Source of the DNA: Rhizophagus irregularis
Taxonomy: Eukaryota
Direction: 5' to 3'
DNA: 64,000 nucleotides
Assembly (NCBI RefSeq): GCF_026210795.1
Contig: NC_089429.1
Span: 6,510,001-6,574,000 of the forward strand
Both the position numbers and the translations under genes were made by a program. The notes beneath the pieces were generated by a model that was not told the DNA's origin, made no database searches, and saw only the letters and a list, made by a program, of their open reading frames with translations. Shown piece by piece: positions 39,701 to 52,358 of the stretch (position 1 is the first letter of the stretch; the number at the start of each line of letters is the position of its first letter).

Positions 39701-39830
39701 TTGGGTTTGGCGTACTACAAAGCGGGCAGATACAACAGCAGCAGCAGCAAATCCAACAACAAATTCATCAACATTTTGATTTTTAAATCGGTAAATTTCC
39801 ATTGATGCCAGTAAAGTACCCTTGTCATGC
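36715..39830 (-). mobile_element. Decayed large gene of a repetitive Glomeromycota family, putative DDE-like transposase
   Basis: LNVDDYHDLHESRTP..HIATTLLN, TKLVDF, GPLHVSLNTR, YRTFIDLLDNFVTVTLGVYAILFRG, SDIQYW, FDEYPVENFHS, and a C-terminal CDYC..VLVCGHAY RING-like remnant. Many stops and deletions. Confidence 0.55.
37731..38847. repeat. Four-unit tandem amplification (~228-299 bp units) inside the putative transposase
   Basis: CGTGCAACAAATATGAGA starts units at 37731, 38023, 38321 and 38549. Each unit ends with AAAGGC(C/T)AATGAGCAA. Confidence 0.95.
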
Positions 39831-41364
39831 GTCCTATTTAATTAAAAAATTTTAAAAATTTGTAATTAATTGATTTTGAGAAAATTAAATTTTACATTAC
39901 AATTGTTGATACTTAAAACTTTTCCAATTCCTTTAATCTGCAATTCTAAGGTTCTATAGTAATCACATTATTTGCTGCTTGATCTATTTCGTATTTATTA
40001 TGGTTTATGTGTGCGTTCTGGCCGACGGTAAGAATGACCGCAACAGATCGTATCATCTAAAATTTTTTTTCTTTATTCCATAAATTGTTATTTTTAGGTT
40101 CGGTGATCAGGGGCTACGATAGGCGCCGTGTCTTTTTTTTTTATTTTTTTTAACCAATTTTTTTTTCCTTAATATATTTTTTTTTCGTTCCTTTGCCTTT
40201 AGGTTCAGATCGGGATTAGTGAGTATATATAAATTTATTAATATAGCTATTATTTAAATAAAAATTCTGAACCTACCGGTTAAAGATGTCCAGTTCCCTT
40301 TGAGAATAATTTTTTTTTTAAAAAAAAAGATAAAAATAAAAATTCTGATATTTGATACGTATACGACATACGACAAGGGTTAAAGAACTGAAGATTAATT
40401 AGTGTAATGTCGTCCATGTATTGATGGCATTAAACTAACTAAACCTTGGTGTATAATGTATATGGAGTCCATTCATTCATTTTTAATATATGAAATATAT
40501 TTTTAACATATTTTAATATTATACTTTTTTGTGAAACTTGTCCAAATTAATTAAACATAAATTTTCCTTTTTTAAAAATCTGAAATAAGTTTAACCTTAT
40601 TTGATTGATTGATCAAAAAATTATGCATATGTTTGTAACTCAAAAATATTTGATAAATGTAAAATAAAAAAAGTTTATTTAAAGTAATTCTACAATTTTT
40701 TTTTGAACAATAAATAACAAGATAATAAGACAATTTTTGTACAAATATAATCAATCAAATTAATTAGGATTTAATGGGGAAGTTCAAATACCACATTTTA
40801 AAGATCTACGAAGAACTTACAATTTGCAAAATTTTTGATCAAAATTGAAAAAGTTATTATATTGAGTTATGTTTAATTTGTTTAATTTGTTTAATTTCTT
40901 TTAAATTCCAAAGATCATGAACCGTTAAAGAAAATCCCAAAGGTCATAGCAGCTCACCAATAAAATCACTGATATTTTCTATAATAACAACGCAAAAATA
41001 GTTTTTTTTTACCTAATAAAATTGCGTATATGATTTTGATAATTTCGATGATCCTATTGTTCTCTTTTATAATCTCATTACTTAAAATTCATTGTAATCC
41101 CGCATTAAAGACTTTTTCGGCTTGCATTATTAATAATATTATTGGCTGGAATTAAAAATGGATGATTACTGTATCTTTCGTGATTTTAAAATTAGAAATT
41201 CCATTGATTTTTTAAAGACAATATGCTCGTATCATAATAAAAATCGTAATATTATTCTCAGTACAATTCCTATGAAATAAAATTTATTAGTGAAATTATC
41301 ATTGAATAATATATATATTTAAGCAAAAGACAAATTTAAACTTGGAACAATAATTTTTGATTTA

Positions 41365-41760
41365 TTAAATTTTAAGTCATGAATGAATACGCAAAAATTA
41401 AAATTTCAAACTAGAATAAATTCATAATAATATTTTAAGTCATGAATGAATACGCAAAAATTAAAATTTTAAACTAGAATAAATTCATAATAATATTTTA
41501 AGTCATGAATGAATATGCAAAAATTAAATTTTAAACTAGAATAAATTCATAATAATATATAGTAGTATGATCTATTTTCAATTATTAAATTTTAAGTCAT
41601 GAATGAATACGCAAAAATTAAATTTTAAAGTAGAACAAATGTCTATCCTATTCATTCTTACTAAATTTTAAGTCATGAATGAATACACGACTTCTATTAT
41701 TATTTATCTTTTTTATCTTGTCTTTTTTTGCTTATTAAATTTTAAGTCATGAATGAATAA
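41365..41760. repeat. Six copies of a ~20-bp core TTTTAAGTCATGAATGAATA at ~63-93 bp spacing
   Basis: Core at ~41370, 41433, 41497, 41590, 41666 and 41740. The first three units are near-identical. A solo copy lies at ~26989. Confidence 0.9.
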
Positions 41761-44700
41761 GCAAACAATATCAATAGCTCTGGCATCAACGATAAAATTT
41801 CTTGTAAAGTCAAAGTCCGGAGCGTTTACAGTCCTACGCTTTGCTCCGGACAATCAATCTCTTGCATTCTTCAATCCACTTGGTTTTAGAATTCTTTCCT
41901 TTGATCTTCATTATAGGGGAATGATTATAAATAAATAATTTTTATTATGTTTGTGGTTCTAACGTTACCGGCAAGACAAATGTCTCGCCAGTGAACATCT
42001 CACCGACAACCATAATATTTATTATATATCTAATTGTATTATTTAATGCCATAATACATTTATAGGATAGCGGATAATCAGTGAATTGATTGTAGGTCAT
42101 TAAAAGAGAATTGTTGAAAGAAAGTTGTTCCGCCGGGTTTGTTGGCTTGATTCCAAACAAAACGATTCAATGTTCGTACATTTGAATCTTACAATTCAAT
42201 GCTCGTACATTTGAATCTTTAACGTTCATTTTTTGGCGATTTATAAAAGAGCGAATAATAAGCCATAAAGAATATGCTTTAATAACAATGAGTAAATCAT
42301 ATGTAATGGGGATTAAATAATAGATTAAGGAGGAGTAATAGGAATTAATAATTAAGAAAGAGTAATAGAAAGGAATTTTTATATAAATGTGCATATTTGA
42401 ATTTTGATTCTTTTTGAGTACTTTTATTTTGTTTTTTTTTTGTAAAAAAAAATATTAAATATTTTTGCCATTTCTCTAGGAATTTTTAGAGCCTTTTTAT
42501 AAGAAAAAATATATATATTTAAACAATCATACAGTTCTATTTTGGGCGTAAAATAGAGAAAAATTATTAACAATAGATACAATAGATTAAATGCTTTTTT
42601 CTTTGAACAATTAATAAAACGCGTCAGACGTCAAATACATTATATTGTTAAATAAATACGTCATTTATCGGCTTATGCCGGCTATCTTTGCATTTGCTTG
42701 CGTAATTACCGCTTTATCTGACTTTTTTAAAGAAAAATATTGTATTTACATTGATAATAGAAATTTATTTTTAGTAATCATTGATTTTTTTGATTGTAAA
42801 ATTTATGAACAAAAACTTCGGAAATTTCCGATTACAAGTCCAAAAATGTCATTAATAAAGAAAAAAAAAATGTATTTGATTGTCTTTGATAATAGTAATA
42901 TATTATGCATTTTTTTTTTTAAGAAAAAAAACCTAAAAAAATTATAAAACTTTAATGGGCAAATTTATCACATGTGATATAATCAAAATTTATTTATGTA
43001 AAGAGTACATATTCGTGATACAATCGTGATTATAAAGAAAAGTAACACAAAATATATCTCATTTCATGATCATCATACAACTATCAAAATTTATAGTACC
43101 GAGTACAGCTATGATAAAGATAAAAGAAGAAAAGTCCAAAAATCGTGTGATAAATTTTCTATTTGTTTTTTTCTTTTTTTTGAGAAAAATAAAAAATAAA
43201 AAATAAATTATCTAAATATGTTCATTTATTGAATACTTTTCTTTGATAAAATGCCCCATTTAGATTCTTTATCTAAAAACTTTACTTAAATAAAACTACA
43301 AAAGATGACATATGACCAATTCTGAAACGCCAACATACATCGGAGTTCTTAAAAGTGTAATATTTTTTTTTGGAATTATCATTTAAAACCTGTTAGAAAC
43401 AAGTCAAATACTAAATATTTTGAAAAAGTATTTTATTGTGTAAAATTCATTGTAAAATTTTTTGCTACACATTTATTCGATTTATTCGTTTATTTTTGTG
43501 TTTCACATATTTTTGCACCAATTATTTCATATTAAGTTAAAATAAGCAACATCATTTTTATATATGAATGATTTTTTTTAAATACTTTCAATTGTTCCTT
43601 TTACAGAATTCCATATCTTAAAAAAGTCTTATGAAATACGCCCTTGATGATCACATTGTTCTACAGCATTTTTTACGTAATTCATTTAGATGCCTTATGG
43701 ACCCTCTTTTCCATCTACTGTTTAAAACGCGAAAAAGGAAACTCAATATCTTCACGTGATGTATGGCCAAGATTATATGCTTACGCGTTCGGCCAAGGAT
43801 CTGCAAATTTTTTAAGGCATTATAAAACAATACGTGTAATCTAGGCGAGGCAATCGAGGCGTGCAGTGAATAAATAATTAGGGTAGTTTTATGAAAGCAC
43901 TTTTCGTATATCAATAAGATTTATAAAATTTCATGTCACATGGATACATACAATAAAACATTACAAACCTTCAGTTGTTCCAAGATTTGAAGGCTGTACT
44001 TCAATTTTATCAACTAAACGTGCAGTTGATCAGAAAACATCAGACACGAAGATACAATATCATATTTCAACTCTCAAATTAATTCAATTATTACAATCAC
44101 AAAATTGTGAGCGTTCATATATATACATGCATAATCACAATGTTCGTTACAATAACCTGTAATTTGGAAGTTAGAACTAGAGAAGAATAGAATTTTATGT
44201 CATTTTCATTAATTCCGCGGATCGTAATATTTTTTGATCAGATTTGAAATCTCGTTTGCCCAATGAATTTCCGATTTGCAAAATCCACAGTATTCTAGTA
44301 TTACTAATGTCGCGCAAAATAATTGTACGTAATAGGACCTTTTTTAATAATCGAAGGACGATTGTAACTTAAAAGCTTTCAAAGTTTAATATGGAAGAAA
44401 ATTTGAAATATTATTACACGCTCGAAATGACATTTAGAATACCAAATGGACAGAATCTTATTCATATTGAAAGTGTTTTAACTTTATTTGTAAATATTTA
44501 TTAAATTGTATTTCTTCATCACACCTTGAAACAACAGCTGTAATTCTATATCTTTTACAGTAAAAAAAAATAAAAATTCGTATTGAATTAGACCTGTTTT
44601 GAATTAACTTGGTTAATTCAAATAAATTCTGGCTTCTAAATTTATGTATGGCATGGCGATACTATATTCTATTGGTTATCACCTATTCATAAACTTGTAA

Positions 44701-45078
44701 TTTTGCACAAACTCTTCGAGAATTTTTTGCCTATACTCATATATATTCTTGCACCTCTGCTTTTTCATTACAAAAAAAAACCAATTTATAGCACTCTTTA
44801 CGATATAATGATCTTAAATCCAAATTTATTATTTCATATAGAATAAAAATTTAAAATACCAAAGATTTTAATAACCAATAACCAGAGAAACTTACTTTAT
44901 TAAATGTGTTTTTTAAATTGTATACGTAACTTTCAAAGTTACTTCGTGCTTATTTCATTTTCTGCACGATCGTACTCAGCTTCAGTAGCTGTCATTATTA
45001 AAAACAATATGTTAAATAAAATGATAATAACAAATATTTTAAACGTAAATATTTAAGATTTGTTACAAACCCATGGAT

Positions 45079-46915
45079 TCAATAATTTATTATAATATGT
45101 TTTTTATTTATTCTACGTTGATTATCAACAGCAGAAACCTATAATTTAATAAAAAGTCAATTAATTTCAAAATTTGGTAATAAAAATGTGCTGCCAACAT
45201 GCATACTTTTAATTTAAAGTTGAAACTGAGATCGAAGGTGACTTCAATATCTGTAGTATTTCGAGAAATTGGCAATTCAAATTCTCCGATTAAACAATGA
45301 TAACTTTCGCCTTCGTATATTTTGATTGGTACAGCTCTTTTGTCGGGAGTACGATCTAAATAGTTAGAGATATTCGTTTGACGAGAACCATTGATTCGAA
45401 TTTTGAAAGTTTTGGACTTTTTGATGGGTATTACTGTATTACGTTCAATAAACGGAGTTATTACATCATCAGAAGTCATTATATTAAAAGGTGAAGCATT
45501 AACATCGTGAATGAGAATATCTTTTATTCTTTCAGAAGTGTTTCCAGATAAAATAGTAGCTTGTACGGCAGCACCATGAGCAGCTGCCTCATCAGGATTA
45601 ATAGATACAATTAAATCTTTTCCATTAAATAATTTTTTTATCATATCTTGAATTATCGGAATACGTGTTGAGCCACCAACCAAAACAATTTCATGAACTT
45701 GACTTTTGATTATCTTTGCATCATCAATTACTTTTTTAATAAGTTTCATTACAGAATAAAATAAATCATCATTCAATTTTTCGAATTCGTCACGGTCTAA
45801 AGAGTATTGGCTTAGATCGTCGGTACTATTACATAAAGAACACGTGGTTTTATTAAAATTATTTTTTTCGATGTCATAGAGAAATGAATCGATATGAACG
45901 TGATCAAAATTCGAAAGAATTATCTTTGCACGTTCACAATTTGTTCTTAAACGACAAAGATCACCCATGGATTGGCTTTGTCTATTTTTCTTTTTGTATT
46001 TTTGCGCGAAATGATTTACTAGACGATCATCTAAGTCTCTTCCACCAATATTGTTGTTACCAACAACGGCTTTTACTTTAAAAATTCCTTTATCTAAAGT
46101 TATGAGAGAAGCGCTACAAGTACCACCACCAAAATCAAAAACAAGAATATTTTGTTTCTCGGTAACTTTCATTCTCAACCCATATGTAATAGCGGCGGCT
46201 GTTGGAGAATTAACGATACGAATTATGTTCAACCTAGCTAACAAAGCAGCTTTCTTTACAGCTTCATATTGAGAAATATTGAAATCTATTGGCAACGCAA
46301 CCACTACCTTTTTAACATGTACTCCTAGAAAGGTTTCCGCGGTTTTTTTCATTTTATTTAATAGGAAAGATAAAATTTCCTCGGGTGTGTACTCTCTGTC
46401 TACCCATTTATAATTTACACAAATACGTATTTCATTATTTTTTTTTACGATATTGAATGGCCAATACTAATATAATAAATAATTTGTGTAATAAAAAATA
46501 AAATTAAATAAAATAATTTCAATTATCTATCTATTCTTCAATAGATTCGAATTTTTTTTTTTTTTGAAAATCATACCTTCATGCCATATTGTATATCATA
46601 ATGATCGAAATCACGACCAATAAGACGGTGAATGTCAAAAACAGTATTTCTACAATTTGAAATAGATTGAATCTTTGCCGCATCTCCAACAAGTATTTCT
46701 GACTCAGTGAAAGCAACGTATGATGGTGTTATACGATTACTGTAATCGTTGGGGATGATAATAACGTTATCTTCACGCCAAACGCTAACGCTGGAAAAAG
46801 TATTCCCTAGATCAATACCGACTATAATAAATAATTATTAGAACCTTTTGGAAAGTCTATGTATGCATATTTATTTAGATATAATTATATACATACTAAT
46901 ATATTCTTTTGCCAT
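45079..46915 (-). CDS. Divergent Hsp70-family protein (~527 aa as spliced), C-terminal lid absent or degenerate
   Basis: Exons 46915-46897, 46821-46577, 46466-45207 and 45138-45079 with GT-AG introns join in frame: [69 protein letters not shown]. Downstream lid-like sequence (ARSNFESYVYNLKNT, ~44900-44950) is out of frame, so this could be a young pseudogene. Confidence 0.8.
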
Positions 46916-49900
46916 TGTTTTTCTTCTTTAAAATACGGAAACCAAAAATTATTGATAGAAATAGAAAATGGGTTAATTATTTTAAAAATAAAGGTGAATA
47001 ATCGTATTAATTCATAGAAGTAGCTTACAGTAATTAAATAAATTTATATATGTCGAAGTTTTAATTTTGGGATAAAAATATTACTTTTATCTTTTCGATT
47101 TCGTGACGAGAAAAGTCTATCGTACGTAAAAAGAATTTAACATGCGATTTAAAGAAAAACAAAATGGTTAATCATTTCTATACTTTGTTTTAAATATATT
47201 ACGATTTATGGGACAATCAACACAAGGAAAAACAGAAAAGAGATATTGTTGTTAAGTCAACCATTCTCCATTTAGTCCATTTAGGTATATAATTCGGAGT
47301 TTTCGGCTTTCAGTGTCACCGATAACACAGATAATCAATCAGGATGAATTACTCTTTTTTTTTTGAGTTTTAATAAGATCAAGTAAGAGAATTCCGTAAG
47401 TTTGTTCTAGACATCTAAAAAGAATTACGCAAATTATGAAAAGATCATCGAACCAATATATTATCTCTAGTATCTTAGTCAATATGAACAAATTTGGGTA
47501 AAAATAAAAAAAAAAAATTTGTTTAATTTTAGGAGCTGTATTACGTTATATTACGCTATATTGTCTCACAGATCTGCATACAATGAGTTGAATGATTAAT
47601 ATTTATCTGTGATAGCATCATGCAAATTTGATAACGTAAGGTTAAAAATCACCTCAGAGAATTGAGCGTGTGATCCAAAAGAATTTTTTTCGGAAATCAA
47701 CTCCGTAAAGAATCAATATACAGTAGTATATGGTGATATACTAAAAAATTAATTTTAATAAACAAAATAAATAAAAATAAATATTTATAGTTAGGTTATC
47801 GGTAAAAATCTTTGATCTTTCCCTGATTGTTAAATTTTATTTTTAATCAAATATAATAAATTATCTAAAAATGGATTTGTACCATACGTAAAGTACACTC
47901 ATAAACAAAATAATAAATTGACCCTTTCAGTTCATGATAATGCCGACAAAAAAATTTAATAAATTTTTTTATTACCTACAGTATATCTATAATATAGATA
48001 GTAATATAGTAATAATATACGAAAAGCCAGGAAATTCGTTTATTACGGTCGTTCAAAAAATAAGATTTTAATTAATATGTTATAAGATTTTAATATATGT
48101 TTGGTGTTAGTAAGCATAAGGTATTAGATAATAAATAGTATATAGCGGATTGTGACCACAGTTACGGCAAAACCGTGTGAAACCCAATGTGCCGTTAAGG
48201 CGTTAAGTTATTAATGCCATAACTTTTACTGTGGCCAATGATAGCGTAGAATATAAATAGTCTAAATAGATAGCATAAATTATTTTAATAGTATACATGA
48301 CTTAACAGTATAAATTTTTTAAATCTCTCCGAATTTGTTATCAAAATTTAAAGTTCCCATATTTTAAATAACTTCTTTGATTATAAATTTCATGGAACAA
48401 TAATTTTAATAGTAATGAATGAATAATTAGAACGATATAAAAATATGATATTTACATACTTTATTTTATGTTTTATAATATATGTTTTTAAGAAAATTTA
48501 AATTATTACATATCCGATATACACAAATTATAGTGCCTATTATACAAGTTACCAGTTACGGCGCATTTACTAGTTACGGCGCCGTATTGTCATGTGATCA
48601 TCATGTGCCGGTTCGGAATTGATCGATGTATGTTTAACATGATTTACATATCGAACATGATAAACATGATTGACATATCAACCATATTAAACATATTAGA
48701 TATATTAGATATTAGACTTGTTAAATATGTTAAATTTATTAGTATATGTATAATTTTATTATAAATACAGATCAATTTTTGCAGTAATGTTTCTTTCAGA
48801 TAACAACAGATAACAGTTATAAAAGGTTATTGCTTAAGTGTACATTTTTATTTGTGTGAAATTCTTTATTCGTGATTGAACGAATATGCCGACGTAAAAA
48901 AAGTGCTATACTACACGTCTGATTGGTATTTTTCGATATACCGTTTAATTGTATACTATTTAATATACATAAACCTTCTGCTTACATAATTAAATAATTG
49001 CTTAATATTTTTAAGCGTTAAAGAACTGACCTAACAGTATCTTAAAGTATATAACTCAGTTGTGATACGGCTCATCCCAATGTGATCGAGTTCCAACTGC
49101 ATCTCTAGTATTTAACATACAAAATTCTCAAATTAAATCTGAATAACGCATAAGAGCACATATATCGGAATAATGTTTTTAATTATTGTTTGAACGCCAC
49201 ATTAAATACATTAAATGAAGTGCAGTTCAATAAACAATATTCTCAAATCAAAGCTTGTTAGATAATTAATAACATATGTAAAAATGGAACAAATCTGTTA
49301 GTCCCAATCCGATGCGATGACTAAACAATAATGAGATGGAAGTTTGATTTGTATTGAAAACGATTTTTAGAATCAAGAAATCCTTAATGCATGACATACT
49401 AATAAGACAATGATATTATTTGCATTATACAATTTTTATTGTATCAAGAATGAAACATGACCGTCATTTTAATTAAAAATAATCAATAAATTATATTATG
49501 ATTATTGGTGAATGAAAAAAACTGTTATGACCGTTTCAATGCATCGTGAGAATAAAATGAGAACTCGGAATATTTTTTTTCCGTACAAGATAAATAATTT
49601 ATTTGTCATTCAACTATTCCCGGCCGAGAGCGGGAATCTTAAATTATTTTTTTTTCGTTAACCAATCAAATTGCTCTAAACTATATCACATGATAAATTT
49701 AAATTTGTACGCATATATCGTAACACTATCTGCTATGTAAATGCCTAACATTTAACGAACAATAAAAAAAAAAATTTTTTTAAAAAACCACAATTAAACT
49801 TGTTGTAATTAACTTGATATATAAAATCTGTCTATGACTTTTTATTGAATTAACTATATTAATATAATGTTACATATGAAATCTTCCGTATTACATGATC

Positions 49901-50366
49901 GGATGAAAAAAAAAAATTATGTTCTAAAAAAAAAAATAAATAGCCGTGCGGCGCGGCCGGGTTAAATTAAAGCAAATTTTGATATGAGAACCAATTTTTT
50001 AACTTTATATCTCTCCTTAGTTAAAAAATTTTTCTTTATTAACGACGCTGGATTCTGGCCTTTAAAAACGCTATATTATTTAATTATAAGAAGTGTACCG
50101 ATCACAAAGTTAATATTTTTTTATTAAAAATATCATCTATATACTGGTAAATAATTTGTTGTAAAAAGGAATAAACAAAAAAAAAAAATATTAAAACTAT
50201 TTCTAAGTGACTATGATTCGTGGCCAAGTGATCCCTCTACATCTATCTTCAAGGTTGCATACTCATTCTTTACAACTATCATAATCTTGAACCTATGAGT
50301 ACGTACTATCTTTTTTTTCGCACTTAACACCGCATTTCTGCTGCCTAGCTTCCGACATAAATATTT

Positions 50367-51353
50367 TTACATATAAGTATTTGTCATCGCATCCTTGATT
50401 ACTTCTGATGGAATAATTCCCAATGGTTCAATAATTTTTGCTAATATTTGAGTATTAATTCTCTTTAAATCAATATATTTAACCAAAGGTTCTAATATTT
50501 CGACAACTTTTTGACAATCAGTAAAATTATTTTCTACTTTGATATACTCTATTTGTCTTGAAATTGATGGAATTGGTTGCCGTTTAAAAAGAGTTTCATA
50601 TGCTTCATTGCATACTTTTTTACCACCTAAAATAGCACTATATCGGAGAATTTCTACTTGGATATAATTCATTGGTTCTAAGATTGGTAACCGTTTGGAA
50701 AGAGTTTCATATGCATCATTGGATACATTTTTTCCTGCTAAAATGGCACAATATCGGAGAATCTCGTATTCCGGAGTTACAAAGGGCATTTTTTTCTCGT
50801 GTTTGTAAGACAAGAGATAACGAAGCGCTTCAAGAGATAATCGACCAAATTCGATTACATTTAAAGGAAACGTTGATAGTTCTTCGACTATTAGATCTAT
50901 AAGAATATGATTATCTATTAATGACGGTTTCTTTTTTTCCACGACTTTTGACAATAAAACCGGTAAATTGTGTACTCTGCAGCTTTTTAGTAAAGAATCT
51001 TTAAAAATTCTGGCAATAAACCCTTGGAGGTCTGGTAATTGGAAATAGTCAGCGGCACTATAGGCTTCAATTATAATATCATCGTTTAGAGATTCTTCTC
51101 TAACTGAGCCTGTATAAGCGTATTCCAATATAATTTTCATTACGGAAGAATTGATTGTTGGAAAACGAATTTGGTTTTCGTAACTTTCTTTTAACCCGTT
51201 ATAAAATAGGGCATCAAGTACATTTGATCTTGCTGCTAAAATTGCCCTATTTGCATATAATTTTATATTATCTTCACAAAGAATTTCTATATCACTATAT
51301 CTTTTATTATTTAGTAACGATTTTAAATCTTGGGATAGAGAAGATCCTTTCAT
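50367..51353 (-). CDS. BTB/POZ domain protein (328 aa)
   Basis: Intact single-exon ORF. SDIEILCED..LYANRAILAARS.VLDALFYNGLKES..I.FPTINSSVMKIILEYAYTG..AADYFQLPDL is a canonical BTB fold, followed by a BACK-like helical region. Confidence 0.9.
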   Translation of the reverse strand: MKGSSLSQDLKSLLNNKRYSDIEILCEDNIKLYANRAILAARSNVLDALFYNGLKESYENQIRFPTINSSVMKIILEYAYTGSVREESLNDDIIIEAYSAADYFQLPDLQGFIARIFKDSLLKSCRVHNLPVLLSKVVEKKKPSLIDNHILIDLIVEELSTFPLNVIEFGRLSLEALRYLLSYKHEKKMPFVTPEYEILRYCAILAGKNVSNDAYETLSKRLPILEPMNYIQVEILRYSAILGGKKVCNEAYETLFKRQPIPSISRQIEYIKVENNFTDCQKVVEILEPLVKYIDLKRINTQILAKIIEPLGIIPSEVIKDAMTNTYM

Positions 51354-51956
51354 TTTTTCTAAGATGATTTGTAGGGTAGGGTTACGGGGAAGAAAAATAT
51401 TTATTTGTTTTGCACAAACATTCCGATGTATTACCCTTTATATAAATGATCTTGTACCACCATATCACGTAACAGTCGTAACATTATATTTACGCGTATT
51501 GTTTATACAAATGCATAACTAAACTTTAACTAAACTAAAAAAACTATACATGCATGATCTTGTACCACAATTTATACCACCATATGACCATATCATATTT
51601 ACGCGTATTGTTTATACAAATGCATACCTACTACCGATATTTCTTGATTTTTAATTCTTTTCCTTCGAACCTCTATATACTCCTGAATGTTTTTTTTTCG
51701 CAATAGCTTCTTTGTTCTTCTACTGATTCACTTCTTCATTCCTCTTCGAATTTTCATTTCTTTTCTCATTTAATTGATTACCTTTACCACATTTTCCGGT
51801 TTATTATAAAATTTAAATATTTTAAGAAACTTTATTATTAAAAACAGCGATTATAAAAAACTTTTTAAAATCGCAAATCAAAGTACATTATTTTTGTGGT
51901 TATCAATTTTTATTATTTAATTAAAAAAAAATATTTTAATGGTAATAGTAAACGCT

Positions 51957-52358
51957 TATCATGCCACCGCAGCAGTAAGTGCATCTGGTTCATCATTCAT
52001 GTGCATCACCATAGTATCACAGACATCTGATCCATGAGTTTTCGATCCCTAAAAGACGAAAAGAAAAATTAAAAAAAATATCGGTAAAATTAAATAGAGA
52101 AATTAAAAAAAAAATTCTAGAATACAGTATAATTAATGCTTACAGTTTCACCAAAGTATAAATTAGATAAATTAAATATAGAAATATAAAAAAAAAATAC
52201 CAAAATGAAACATGCCAGCGCTTGCCATTTTACCGCAGCATCTCGCCGAAGTAGCTGAACTCGATCTGACGAAAAAAAAAAATATAAATAAAAAAAAATG
52301 ATTAATAATTATTAATTAATTAATCAAAAAAAGTTTCTTTTACCACCAAATCTGTCAT
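51957..52358 (-). other. Possible small multi-exon gene remnant (Cys-containing)
   Basis: GC-richer short segments separated by GT..AG introns. Peptides ATSARCCGKMASAGMF, YFGET and YCCGGM occur in differing frames. No continuous ORF was established. Confidence 0.3.

Noticed and set aside
41365..41760. CRISPR-like repeat-spacer array
   Set aside because: The first spacers are near-identical, spacing is irregular, there are no cas genes and the context is eukaryotic.
43560..43844. Short ORF ending VWPRLYAYAFGQG..
   Set aside because: Could be a terminal exon remnant, but no start, family or splice model could be supported.
49940..49975. Helitron 3' terminus (GC-rich GCCGTGCGGCGCGGCCGGG)
   Set aside because: The hairpin is imperfect, with no downstream CTRR and no linked element body.
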